DNA of 64,000 nt, taken from NCBI RefSeq assembly GCF_036321535.1, contig NC_087441.1, positions 40,672,001 through 40,736,000 on the forward strand, read 5' to 3'. Shown here piece after piece: positions 1-11,689 of this stretch. Under the pieces are notes generated by a model. That model was not told the DNA's origin. It did no database searches and saw only the letters and a program-made list of their open reading frames with translations. The translations under genes and the position numbers were made by a program. Each line of letters begins with the position of its first letter. Positions within the stretch are counted from its first letter, which is position 1. This DNA is from Camelus dromedarius (Eukaryota).

Positions 1-1779
1 AAGGTAGCACTAGACATTTGAATTGAAATGCTGTATATTTATTTCTAGTCCTTTGAAATTATGAAATGTAAAATCATCAAATCTTATGGAAGTTATGAAT
101 CTGTTGTTACTGTGTGAGTATTCCTACAGTGAGTATGTCACTGTGGATATTCGCCAATATCCACAAGATGAATTCGAATGGGCAGTAGTGTAGGAACCAT
201 TACTCAGTACTGAGCCATCCAGGAGTAGAAGGTAGGCACTTCTGTCCTGCATATCTATTCATGTCAGAATCCTGAGTCATCTCAGTGTCCGTTGGAACTG
301 CCCTCTCCCTCTTGGTGAACTCCTGCAAATCTTTTCCAGAGTTATTCTGCCTCTCCTGCATCATTCTGAAGCTGGGGGAAACCCAACTGAGTTTCCCACA
401 CAGCGATTTTCCTTTTTTGTGCTGCTTTCCCACATACAGGAGTCATTCAACTTTTCTTACACCCCAGTGGAGTACAAGAAACTCTTAATCAATTGTAGAT
501 CCATCTTTCTAGATATGCTACTTAGATATACTAAGCCAGAACTTACTCTCTGAGTTGAGCCCCTGTAAAGTGTCCTCTCTCTTTGATCTTCAGATCTCCA
601 TGGGATGGTTGTGGTTCCCTGTAGGTCTACCACATCCTGTTAGGGATCTCTGCTGGCTTCCCTTTCATCCCTCCTTCACATCTCTACCTGTATGAAAGAA
701 AATGGTCATCTAGTCTGGAGAGAGATACCAGGGGCAGATAAATTGAGGCAGAATTTTATTGCTCTTTATATTGCTTTCATCATTTTTGCATTATCCAAAT
801 TTTAAGTTCACTCTCTGTGGCCTAGTCTCAAAATCTCAACAGTTAAGGATTAACCCCTTCTTTCTCTGCTTTTGGCTGTTTTCTTCCCTGAGTCGATGAT
901 GTAAAATGCTCAACTGACTAAATGGGGTTATTAGGTAAAAAGAAGTATGAAAAAAATAGCAATTAACATAGTATCCCTTTATGCCACTAGTAAAATCATG
1001 TATACAACTATTTACCAATTTCAAATGTTAATGAACCCAGTCATTCTCTCGTTGAACATTTATGAGGTGTTTAACTTTTATGTTTACCATTTACATACTA
1101 TTCTTACAGATTGCAAATTATTTTTGAAGACGTAAAACAAATCATTCTTTATTAGAGGAAAAACTTTATATGTAACAACTGTTAAATTTGGCCTAAGAGG
1201 TGGTGAAAAGGCAAAATATGCGTTAACTGTTACAAAATTCTTCTGTTTCCTTAAGGCTGAGAAATCTTCCTGGCTCTTGTGTTCTGAAGGTAGGGCTCTG
1301 ACGAACAAGTCAAGTCCCTCCCGCTGGCACCTTTCAATTTCCTCTTCCATCTCAAATTTTTTCCCCTTTTCACTCTCTCTTTTTTCCTTTGTCCAAAATT
1401 TGAAAAAGAAGTGCTCCTCCTCTTTGCCAAACTGAATGCCTCTCTTCATTGGTGCTTCTGATGACCTCACCACCTCCCTCCAGGAGCTGACATCACAGCA
1501 TAGCAAGGAGTTTGGAGTTTGCAATCACATGTGGACTCATAGCATGACTCTGCCCCTTTTAGTTGTGGAATACTGCATAAGCTTTTTACCATCCCACAAG
1601 CTCAGGTTCTACTTTTGAAAAATGGAATCGTAACAGTGTTGCCACATAGTAAGTTCTTAAAAATTGAGCAGTGTTCTATCATTGCCTCTCTTTCTTGCAT
1701 CTTCAATCTTTTGTTCTTAAACTGATTCTGTTTCTTCTCCAACAAATCTCCTCAGTTCTCTCTGAATTTAAATAAAGAC

Positions 1780-2620
1780 ACCCCCTCAATCCTGTAGCAT
1801 CCTCTGCTTACCACCCCATGACTATCCCTGTACCTCCAAATTTTTGAAAGAGTAGCTATTCTGTAGTCTTTTCTTGATCACTCCAAATTTTGTAACTTTC
1901 ACTACTGACATTATTGAATTTGCTTCTTCAAAGGTAATATTGATCTTCTAATCACTGAATCCTGTCTTTTCTCTATTTTTAAACTCTTTGAAACATCTGC
2001 ACCATTGAACACTGTTGGATACCCCTTTGTTTGGAATAACTTATCCCCAGCATCCATTATTGGGCTATATCTGAGTATTTATGATGAATCATTCTTTCTC
2101 TTCCTACCTACAAAGTAGCTATTTCTTAATTCCTTTCCTTAGCTCTCTCCATCTAGAGACAGGTGCACCAACTTCCTGAAATTTCACCAAACCCAACACT
2201 CTTATCTGAATGACCTAAAGGGTCTGGCTTCCACACTAAATTAAGAATCTCATGAATTACCTGCTTGAATATTCTGCCAGACCATTGAACTCAAAACACT
2301 CCATGGACCAAGTTATCCCACTCCTCCCAAACCAGCTCTTCACTCTGTATGAAAGATATCGGCATTCTCCCTGGCAACCAGATTCAAAATCTTGAAGTTA
2401 CTTCCTCTCTTACCATCTATTTCCTGTCACCAATCACTAATCCTATAAATTCAAGCTCCATAATGTTTTCCCATTTATCACTGTCTTCCAGTTTGTCACC
2501 TCCATGGTTTGGGGTTTATTACTTCTTATCTGAACTATTATAATAACCTTCTAATTTGTTCTAACTCATCTTAAGTCTCTCCCTCCAGCTCCCCTCAACC
2601 TCCATATTTTCAACTGATCC
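1780..2620 (+). mobile_element. L2 LINE fragment (ORF2/3' region, highly decayed)
   Basis: Resembles recalled L2 consensus, e.g. 'ttgcttcttcaaaggtaatattgatcttctaatcactgaatcc...ctctttgaaacatctgcaccattgaacac' and 'ttatctgaactattataataaccttctaatttg'. Confidence 0.7.
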
Positions 2621-2699
2621 ATCATCAGTGACAGATAAATCTTCAGTTTAATTTAATGAGTGTTCATAAATAAGAAACTTGCAACAGAGACAAAAGAGG

Positions 2700-2781
2700 A
2701 ATTAGCATTTTGATGCAGAGGCTGGGTGAGTGCCATGCTTTATATTTTACTACATTATCTTATTTGATATTAAAAACAAAT
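2700..2781 (-). mobile_element. MIR fragment, probably the left piece of a MIR split by the MLT1 LTR
   Basis: 'gctttatattttactacattatcttatttgatattaaaaacaa' matches the MIR 3' half in reverse. Confidence 0.45.
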
Positions 2782-3280
2782 TGTGATGAACATACTTGGT
2801 TGCCCACACAATATCCATTCCCCCCTCCCTTTTTCCAAATAGAACACTAGTTTTGTTCAGTGTTCCACATCCATTCTTTACAAAGGAGGATTCTCATTAG
2901 TCTGTGCTAGTTTTCTGACTCTTACTATTGGTGTAAGGGTGCTGTGTGTCCTAACATGACTTATGAAGGTAAAGGAAAGAATGTGTATTTCATGTTGGCT
3001 AAGAATCCCTCTTCATCACCTGTGGCAGGAAAAGGGAGCGACTTGCCCAAAGTGCCCCAGCCACCAACTTGGGACCGTGAGAGGAGCCAGACTGAGAGCA
3101 AAATTGACAGACAGAAAAGGGCTGAACCCAAAGAGTAGTTTAAAGAAAGAGTCAGAAAGTGACACACTGCACTGCTATTCCCCTGGACTACTGGTTACAC
3201 AAGATAATACCTTTCCTTATTTGTTAAGCCATTTCAAGTAGGGTATTCTGTTACTTGCAGCCTAGGTATGCCTCTGAGCA
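2782..3280 (+). mobile_element. MaLR solo LTR (MLT1J/K-like)
   Basis: Starts TG ('tgtgatgaacatacttggttgcccacacaatatccattcccc'); MLT1-type 3' end 'ttgttaagccatttcaagtagggtattctgttacttgcagcc'. Confidence 0.75.
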
Positions 3281-3405
3281 ATCCTGTGATGTGGAGACAG
3301 GCTCAGAGAGGCCCAAGTTCACATGGTTGGTAGCAGAAGAGCCAAGATTTGAAACCATGTTTGCTTGACTACAAAGCCCTTGCTTTTTCCATTAACCCAT
3401 ATTAT
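3281..3405 (-). mobile_element. MIR core fragment
   Basis: 'gagacaggctcagagaggcccaagttcacatggttggtagcagaagagccaagatttgaaacc...gactacaaagccc'. Confidence 0.75.
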
Positions 3406-3449
3406 CTGATTAGGGCTCTCATTAGCTCAAAACCTATAAAAAATGTTTC

Positions 3450-3682
3450 AGACATTTATTGAGACATCACCGTGTATTATGCACAGTTAGTTATCAGTGC
3501 TTTACAGGTACTAACTCATTGATGCCTTGGAGTAACCATATGAGGCCCATACACTATCCTCATTTTACAGAGACTAAAAGAAGCTAAGTAATTTTCTTGG
3601 AGTGACACAGCAAGTCATTATCAGAACATGGAAATGAACCAACGCATTCTGACTCAGAACTCCTGCTCTTAATCACTATTCT
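3450..3682 (-). mobile_element. MIR, near full length
   Basis: 'catttattgag...tgctttacaggtactaactcattgat...cctcattttacagagac...tctgactcagaactcctgctcttaatcactat'. Confidence 0.8.
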
Positions 3683-5719
3683 TATGCATTTCTTCATGTT
3701 TTCTTTGCATGTTCACAATGCCTAAAAAACTGGTTAGGTTGCTTTCATGCATTTTATTTATGAGAAAAGTCATGGGAGCCTACTGCAAGAAAAAGCTGGC
3801 TTACAGTACCCATGTGCATATATCAGAGAGAGGCTGGCAGGAGGATGAATGGAGGGTCTATTTGAATGGAAACATAGGATCTGAAATGAAATAATCTTTT
3901 GGCTGAAGAGAAGACAGCCCCCAGCTCTCACATTGGGGGCAAAGCCTGGGAATGGTGCTGGCAGTGGAAGTTCCCAAAAAAAACCTTCACACATGGCTTA
4001 AGTTTGAATCTGCAATAATACCCAGAGACCCAGGCCAAATACTATAAGGAGTTCTACACAGTATTGGAATTCCAAAGCCCTTTGCCTAACGTTTATATTC
4101 TGCTCCAGTACCCTCCAACCCCTGCCCCATCATTCACTTTTTTACATGTTATTTCCTCTAATTGAACTTAGGTAACCAAAATTGTTGTACATTAGTACTG
4201 ATAATTAGTACTGATAACCTGCATAGAGATAACTTTAGAAATACAACTAGTGTCTATTTACTGGAAACAGAAATAACCTCAACAGTTGGATGTCTTTATA
4301 ATAATGCAGTGGGACATATGGTGAGGGCAATGGTAGAATCCTAGAAAATGAGGTTAGCTCAGTGGGACACTCTGTTTTATATTTTGCAAAAAACTCTGTA
4401 CAAGTTCTACTCAACAAACTAATGAAATAAGGTTCCTGTTCGTGCTACATCATGGAAATGTGCACTGTCTGTCCTCGCTCTTAAAGAGAAGCCAGGGGCA
4501 CAAATTAAATAGGTCTGGAAGAGCTTCACGCATCTGTAATTTAATAAAGTAACTAGAGAATAACAGCTGCAGGGTTTATACCTAACTCTTAATTTTTTTT
4601 TAATTTTTTCCCCCTGTGGATGTAAAGTAACCCCTCCCTCCAAAGTGTCTGTTAAAATGATGTCTTGAGAATAAGTGAAATGTCATCTATTATCTTCTTT
4701 CAGTAATGATAGATTACTAAGGTCCTGTTTTTCACTGGAATAGTACGCCTCATCAAAAGGTAATATTCCACTTTTTTTCTTAGGATTAGAAATGTTTCAT
4801 CTGAACAAGATGAATAAGGGGCATTCATCTTTCTTCTTCAACTCTCCCTAAGATATCGGGGAGACCATAAACAGTAAAGAGGCATATTATGTTTTACAGA
4901 GTTACTAATACAAGGAGTCAGAGAAATTTGATCAAGTCATTGTCAATCTGAATTTTTTTTTTCTGTTTCCACAGAAATCCAGGTGTTCTAAAATCCCTCT
5001 AAACACCAAAAAGCACACCAGAGAGAGAATTCAAGGAAAAAGAAAAACAAGATCTGGTGTTCTCTGGAGGTTTTGCATGTTACACTAAGTTCTCCTGGCT
5101 CCCTACAGAAAGGTAATTCACATTACATACAGCACTGCAGCCGACTAAATTTTATTAGTGGGAACATACTATCTATCGGGTTGGAGGAATGAAGAGGGCA
5201 AATAGGTTAAAATTTTTCTCTTAACTATTAATTAATATGCCTCCGGTGGTCTCCTTCCTATTAATTTCATTGTACTACAGGAAAAATAGTAAGAGCAGCT
5301 GTACATGTTAATCAGTGCTGCTTGCAAAATAGTGTAAGATAGAGACCTAAATGCCTCCCTCAAATCAATAACAATAACACCACCGCAGTCAGAGCAGAAA
5401 CTGTCACACTGCTCATGCCAGTGCATATTCTGTGGCTAATTCTACCAACATCTATACTAGACTGGTGTTTAAGTTAAAATAACCAAATCAGTAAAATGCC
5501 TTACAACCCAGCTGTGGTCTGCATTAAAGCTGTAGCAACAAGAAAATAAATTGAAGTATGCAAATAAAATTTGAATTCTATTTATTTTATTTGATTTGGG
5601 AACATGTGAATATTATTGAATTTTTAAAAGAAAAAATATTTATCACCTTGCTTTACTAACCAGCTATAATGTGTGGGAATCATAATCTCTAAAAGTCTTT
5701 TGAAAAATAAAAGGATAAT

Positions 5720-5945
5720 ATGTTAGGGCTTTTTCATAGAAAGTTCCAGAAATACATTCTATCTGGCTTAAGAAAGAGAGAGAATTTATTTTTCAAGTAA
5801 TTGGGAAGGCAAGTGCTGGACCTAGCTTCAGGGACGAATGGGAAATAAAGATCATCTTGCCCCTCTTTTCTGTGTTTTATTTTCTCTTCTCTCTTCGTTT
5901 CCTTCCCTATTTGTAGCTCTTCCTATGTGGTGGCCTCATTCTCTT
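5720..5945. mobile_element. Old MaLR LTR fragment (MLT1L/M/N-like)
   Basis: 'ctggcttaagaaaagagagaatttattt...gggaaggcaagtgctggacctagcttcagggac' resembles late MLT1 subfamilies. Confidence 0.5.
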
Positions 5946-5951
5946 CTTTTT

Positions 5952-6370
5952 TATTTTAATTGTTTTCAACTTTGTTGAGTAATTGATAAATATAAGTATA
6001 AATACTTAAAGTGTACAACATGATGATTATATATATATATATGTGGAATAATTATCAAGATAAAGAAGATAATTAACACATCCATCATGTCACATAGTTA
6101 ACTTTTTTTTGGTGGTGAGAACACTTAAGATCTTAGTGATCTACTCTTAGCAACTTTCAAGTGTACAATACTGTATTATTAACTATAATCACCACGGTGT
6201 ACATTTGATCCTCAGAACTTACTCCTCATATGACTGAAAGTTTGTACCCTTTCACCAACTCCCCCCATTTCTTTCTATCCCCAGCCCCTGGCAACCACCA
6301 TTCTATTCTGTTTCTATGGAATTGGTTTTCTACATAGATTCATCTCTCCATGTATAATCATGCATAAATG
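5952..6370 (-). mobile_element. L1MA9/L1MB-type 3' UTR fragment
   Basis: 'gtgagaacacttaagatc...ctactcttagcaactttcaagtgtacaatactgtattattaactata...cccctggcaaccaccattcta' matches the eutherian L1MA/MB 3' end in reverse. Confidence 0.85.
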
Positions 6371-6809
6371 AATATAAGCAAAAATACAAATATAGAGTGT
6401 TTGGAGTAAGAGAGAAGCAATTTCCCAAGGGGCCATAGGAAGGAATGCTGTTACAAGAAAAGATATATACAATATACAAAGCACAGAGAGTAAAACTGCA
6501 TGGTCTATTTAGGTACTGATAAATAGTCCATTCTCTCCCATTTTCAAAATACTCAAGATAAATCAAATCAAAAAAAAAAAAAAAACTTTCTAATATCCTC
6601 CTGGAACTTAATAGTTCCTTTTCCCCCTTTTTCTATCATAGCCAAGCCTTGTAAATAACAGTTTACACTGAGTTCCCCAATTCTTTGTTCCTTTTCAGAC
6701 AGGCTTTAACTCCCACATCATTCCATAAAAGTACTTTCTAAATGGCTATAGCAACAGCTTCTGAACTGTAGATATCCTTTTCTGGATTAAGAAATTGGCC
6801 TTCAACTTC

Positions 6810-7027
6810 TTGTTTGCTAACAGTTTTTATCATAAATGGGTATTGAATTTTATCAAATATTTCTTCACACCTATTGACAGCATCATATTCTATTAATGTG
6901 ATGAATTACACTGCTCAATTATCAAAATTTAAACCATCCTTGCATTCCTAGAATAAAACTCATATGGTTATTTTTTTCACGATATAAACTGGTTTCTAGT
7001 TTTATATAATTCAACTCAGAATTTTTT
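6810..7027 (-). mobile_element. Old L1M ORF2 fragment, left piece (host of the young L1)
   Basis: 'tttttatcataaatgggtattgaattttatcaaatattt...aaaccatccttgcattcctagaataaaactc'. Confidence 0.8.
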
Positions 7028-7434
7028 TCCTTTTTTTTTTTCCTGATTGAGTTATGGTCAGTTTACAATGTTGTGTCAGTTTCCACTATAGAACACAGTT
7101 TTTCAGTTATACATGAACATAGGTATATTCATTGTCGCATACTTTTTCACCATGAGCTACCACAAGATCTTGTATATAGTTCCCTTTGCTATACAGTATA
7201 ATCTGGCTTATCTATTCTATATATATATACCTGTCAGTATCTACAAATTTCGAACTCCCACTCTGTCCCTTCCCAACCCCCTCCTCCTGGGAACCACAAG
7301 TTTGTATTCTATGTCTATGAGTCTGTTTCTGTTTTGTATTTATGTTCTTTTTTTTTTTTTTTTTTAAGATTCCACATATGAGTGATCTCATACGGTATTT
7401 TTCTTTCTCTTTCTGGCTTACTTCACTTAGAATG

Positions 7435-7579
7435 NNNNNNNNNNNNNNNNNNNNNNNNNNNNNNNNNNNNNNNNNNNNNNNNNNNNNNNNNNNNNNNNNN
7501 NNNNNNNNNNNNNNNNNNNNNNNNNNNNNNNNNNNNNNNNNNNNNNNNNNNNNNNNNNNNNNNNNNNNNNNNNNNNNNN
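7435..7579. other. N run, 145 nt
   Basis: Directly seen; inside the young L1. Confidence 0.98.
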
Positions 7580-7682
7580 ATTGTAAATAGTTCTGCTATG
7601 TACATTGGGGTGCAGGTGTCTTTCTGAAGTAGGGTTCCTTCTGGATATATGCCCAGGAGCAGGATTCCTGGTCATACAGTAA

Positions 7683-7952
7683 NNNNNNNNNNNNNNNNNN
7701 NNNNNNNNNNNNNNNNNNNNNNNNNNNNNNNNNNNNNNNNNNNNNNNNNNNNNNNNNNNNNNNNNNNNNNNNNNNNNNNNNNNNNNNNNNNNNNNNNNNN
7801 NNNNNNNNNNNNNNNNNNNNNNNNNNNNNNNNNNNNNNNNNNNNNNNNNNNNNNNNNNNNNNNNNNNNNNNNNNNNNNNNNNNNNNNNNNNNNNNNNNNN
7901 NNNNNNNNNNNNNNNNNNNNNNNNNNNNNNNNNNNNNNNNNNNNNNNNNNNN
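7683..7952. other. N run, about 270 nt
   Basis: Directly seen; inside the young L1. Confidence 0.97.
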
Positions 7953-8050
7953 CGTTTAGGTCTTCTGCCCATTTTTTGGATTGGGTTGTTTTTTTTTTCT
8001 TATTAAGTCATATGAGCTGCTTATATATTCCAGAGATCAAGCCTTTGTCA

Positions 8051-8165
8051 TCAACTCAGAATTTTTTAATCCATGTTCATAAGGAACATTGACCTGTAGT
8101 TTTCTTTTTTATTGTCCTTTTCCAGTTTTGGTATCAGGATTATTCTAGTCTCAAAACTAAGCTGA
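8051..8165 (-). mobile_element. Old L1M ORF2 fragment, right piece
   Basis: 'ttttaatccatgttcataaggaacattgacctgtagttttctttt...ttttggtatcaggattattctagtctcaaaa' continues the host L1. Confidence 0.8.
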
Positions 8166-10729
8166 ATTTTTTTTTTCTCATAGTGTTGTTTCTTCTCAGC
8201 CATTTTTTTCCAATTATAATTCTGTGTCTATCCTTTACATTTTAGAGTTTCCCAAGGTTCTACTTATAATCTTAATGTGTAGAAAAAAAAGGTGATAGAG
8301 TAAATATATTGGGACCAGATTATAAAAGAGATTTGTATTAAGTCTTTGTTACATTTCACCAAGTAAAAAATACCCATGGGATCCTATATGATCTGCTGAA
8401 GTGTTTGTCTGAATTTCATCTTAAACATCACTGCCTAAAACATGACTCCAATCTCTATCAATATCCCTTACAAGCCCCCCAAATCCTAGCAAAATTCAAA
8501 ATGCATTTGATTCATACTTTTCTCTCCTTCCAATATGTCTTTCTTTTTCTACTTTTAAAAACTTTATTTCTTCCAATGTTCATTTCAAAAATAGCTCCCT
8601 CCATGAAGGCTTAATAACCCTCTCTAGTCCTAAAAGAATGACATCTATATGAGCTTGTTACATTATAGCACCATACTGATAGCTGTGTAATGAAACCCAT
8701 TTACTCTTGCTTCCTATAACAGCTACATGTGTACAAATTTTATTACCTTTCCTAAAACCCAATCAAACCAAACCACTTAGGGAAAGAAGAATATCCCATA
8801 TGTTTGTTTCCTGCCCAGACCAATCCAAGGTCTTAAAATTTTTAGACCATTAAAAAACACTATTTGTTAAAGTGAATTGAATTAAAATTGGAAAGGACAA
8901 TCCAGAATGTCTGGCCATCTTAATCTGTGTCTTATTGGACAGTATGCCAAACAAAGTCTCCTTTTGGGCAAAGCCTTTCTCAGCACTCACTTTCCTTTCC
9001 TAAGGCATTTTGAGTCCTGCTGTCAAAGTAGATAAGTTAGGAAAATGTGTTTTTCATAAGTGAATGGAATGTAGATAAAATTCTTACAAAAATAAAGCAC
9101 TGGAACTGAACATCTAGTTAGTAACTTCTAATAAACCCATGAACTTAAACAAAAGGCACCATAAAGTTCTATAGCAATTCACAAAGGGAATTTTTACAAC
9201 CTTTTGTGTATATTAAAAGAAAAAAAAAAACTTCATGATTATTTTCTTTGATCAGTGTTTATTCTTTCCAAATGTTTGTTATCTATGCTGAATCTTGAAG
9301 AAAGGAACCAAAAAAAAAAAGAAAAAGAAATAAACTATGCCTTACAAAACTATTTTTGGCTTGTAGTTGGTAACCTGCAATAAAATGCACATACCTATTT
9401 ATATTGACTTTCTGGTTAGGAAAAAATGATAAACAAACAAACAACAACAACAAAAGAACAAGAGACCTTCCATCCCCCAGAGTGTTATTAAGGCTTTGTG
9501 CTGAAATATAGCACCCAGCAGTCAGACCATCAAAGCATAGCATGTACAGTTTGAGAAAGCTTGATATTTCTAAATCAATAAAACATCAAATTGATCCTGC
9601 TTTTGCTGAAAAAAATCTAGTGTTTTAACTTAAAATGTGAAATACAGAAATCAAAAAAGATCAAGTTTTACTCAATATTACTTGCTTTTGGGTTTTTTTT
9701 CAAATAAGATTTGGACACCTAGAATGAAGTTACATATAAGAATGTTATGTCAGAATTAGAAGTTTGCTGAATGAAAGAAACTCTCAGCTAAAGCTAATGT
9801 TGGCATCAGAGCTATGGCTGAAAACTGTTGCTAGGATGAGTTCAAGTCTCTGCATGTTTGCTAATCTTTCTCCCTCATAATTAAGTTGTTCAGCACTTTC
9901 CTGAATACATGTTCCAGATCCTGTCTCTAACTCTTCTTCTGGTCCTTACTGTATGTTTCCCTAGTTTTCTTCTCCCCCGTACTTCTTCTAGAAAACTGTC
10001 TTGGGACATATTAGTCCAGCCATATATGCATATATAAAAATAAAATGAAATAGCCTTTAAATATAATTTAAATCACATCCAATCACCTACATATTCAAAA
10101 ATATTTAAGAAAAAACCTAACAGATCCCATTCTTAGGTTATTTGTTCTGTGTTTCTGCTTCTGTACTTCAAATAAGAGTTACCTGATATAAACAAATTAA
10201 TCTGTAAATTTAAATTTAGCTTGAACAGGATTCACTTTGATGACGTTACTCAAGGAGAAAAGAAAATAAGGGCAGATAAGGCAATCCTCATAAGGAGAAA
10301 GTGGGGAGGGATACAGAGTTATGCGGGGGAAATGAACTACCAATGGGAAAGCAACGAGCAGGCTGTAAGGGTCATAAGAAAAAGAGAAATATCAAAAAGG
10401 AAGGAATTTGAAAAGATTTGGGGGGTAAGTTAGTATAAGGAAGTAGGGGTGGCAGTAATTAGTGAATATCAATCTCAGATATCTAGGGGAAAAAAACAAG
10501 TTCAAAAGAGCATGAACATAATGTAGGGTGTCATGATTCCGCCTCTTGTAGAATACGTGCACAGTACCTCCTGCAATTGTGTCTTGCACCATGCGTGTGA
10601 GCGTATGTGAGGATCCTGGCTGTCAAGAAAATGCTTCAATTTAAACAGAGAATATGGAGGATCCTCTCCATTGGAGAATCTTCTCCATTGGAAAATCTTT
10701 CAGAAAGTACTTTGTTTTCTATATCAAGC

Positions 10730-10965
10730 AAAAGCATGGCCTGCTAGAAAGACCTAGGAGTATGAAGACAAGGCATCTCACCATCATACCACTATTACTT
10801 TTAATCACATGACTATTACTATTATTAATATTATTACTATTAATCTACAAAAATGTTGATTTCATAGAGTTCAACCTACCAGTTGTATAATCTTGGTAAA
10901 GACATTTTACCTTTCTTGGTAAACATTTCCTTACCTGTAAAATGAGAACTAGAGATTAGATCAGT
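10730..10965 (+). mobile_element. MIR/MIR3 fragment
   Basis: 'ctaccagttgtataatcttggtaaagacattttacctttc...catttccttacctgtaaaatgagaactagagattagatcagtg'. Confidence 0.6.
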
Positions 10966-11029
10966 GAGTGCCAACTCATATTTTCTTTGTCACCTTTCAC
11001 ATCACCACACACATTATCAGCAATACCTC

Positions 11030-11120
11030 TCCTTGTGCACAATGATTCTAAGTGGGGACAAGGGTGGAGGGACTGCATTTTTTCTCTCCTACAGTTATTC
11101 TGATATGCTTCTTTATTGAG
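11030..11120. mobile_element. MER5-like hAT-Charlie fragment
   Basis: 'gattctaagtggggacaagggtggagggactgcattttttctctcctacagttattctgatatgc'. Confidence 0.5.
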
Positions 11121-11689
11121 CCATTCCATTTTCTGCCTCATTGAAAACACTAGCATGAGATGCTGGAATTATTCCAGTGAACAGAATAGTTCTCTGTCAG
11201 GTACCAAAAGTTACAGTCTAGTTGGTGTTGAAAGTCTAGAAGAAGAAACCCCATAGTTACAAGTTTAATCTACCCACATTTTTGTTGTCTATCCTGAGAT
11301 TCTTCTTCTCCAACAAATAGAGGTCACAGGCCAGCAGCAATGGGCTGAGAGTGTGATCATTTTTAAAGTTCACCACATAGGAAAATCAGTAGCCAGGAAT
11401 AAAGGGCAAAGCTAAAGCCTAAAACAACGTACTAAAGTAGAGAATCCTCTGCTGACTTTTGGAAGGGCAGGTAAATGTAGGGAAGACAACCAGCCTCACT
11501 TAGGAGAAGGCACAGTAGACCTACCTGGATTATCACACTTGTGACAACATTTTGTAATTCCTGTTTAATTTCCTGTTTTCACACAGGGCTTAAAGCTTCT
11601 TGAAGTCATCTGCCTTTGCATCCTATCCATTTTTGTATTGCAGATATCTACAACAATGCCTCCTTGGCACTTGGTAGACAATATTTTTC

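Larger units (their letters stand above)
7028..8050 (-). mobile_element. Young lineage-specific (camelid-like) 5'-truncated L1 with poly-A tail and 17-bp TSD
   Basis: Poly-T at about 7028-7041, little-decayed L1 3' UTR and ORF2 C-terminal region, exact flanking repeat tcaactcagaatttttt at 7011-7027 and 8051-8067; contains two N runs. Confidence 0.92.

Noticed and set aside
4191-4216. 13-bp tandem duplication attagtactgata x2
   Set aside because: Ordinary slippage, two copies only; not a CRISPR-like or regular array
4640-4850. Minus frame with few stops (NISNPKKKSGILPFDEAYYSSEKQDLSNLSLLKEDNR)
   Set aside because: Contains stops, has no donor, and the open length is within chance expectation
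7342-8092. Long ORFs (up to 181 aa) in the track
   Set aside because: They are mostly X residues from N runs and otherwise L1 ORF2 or 3' UTR sequence
9480-9600. TCF/LEF-like motifs (catcaaag, ctttgt)
   Set aside because: Short motifs expected by chance in AT-rich DNA, with no other support
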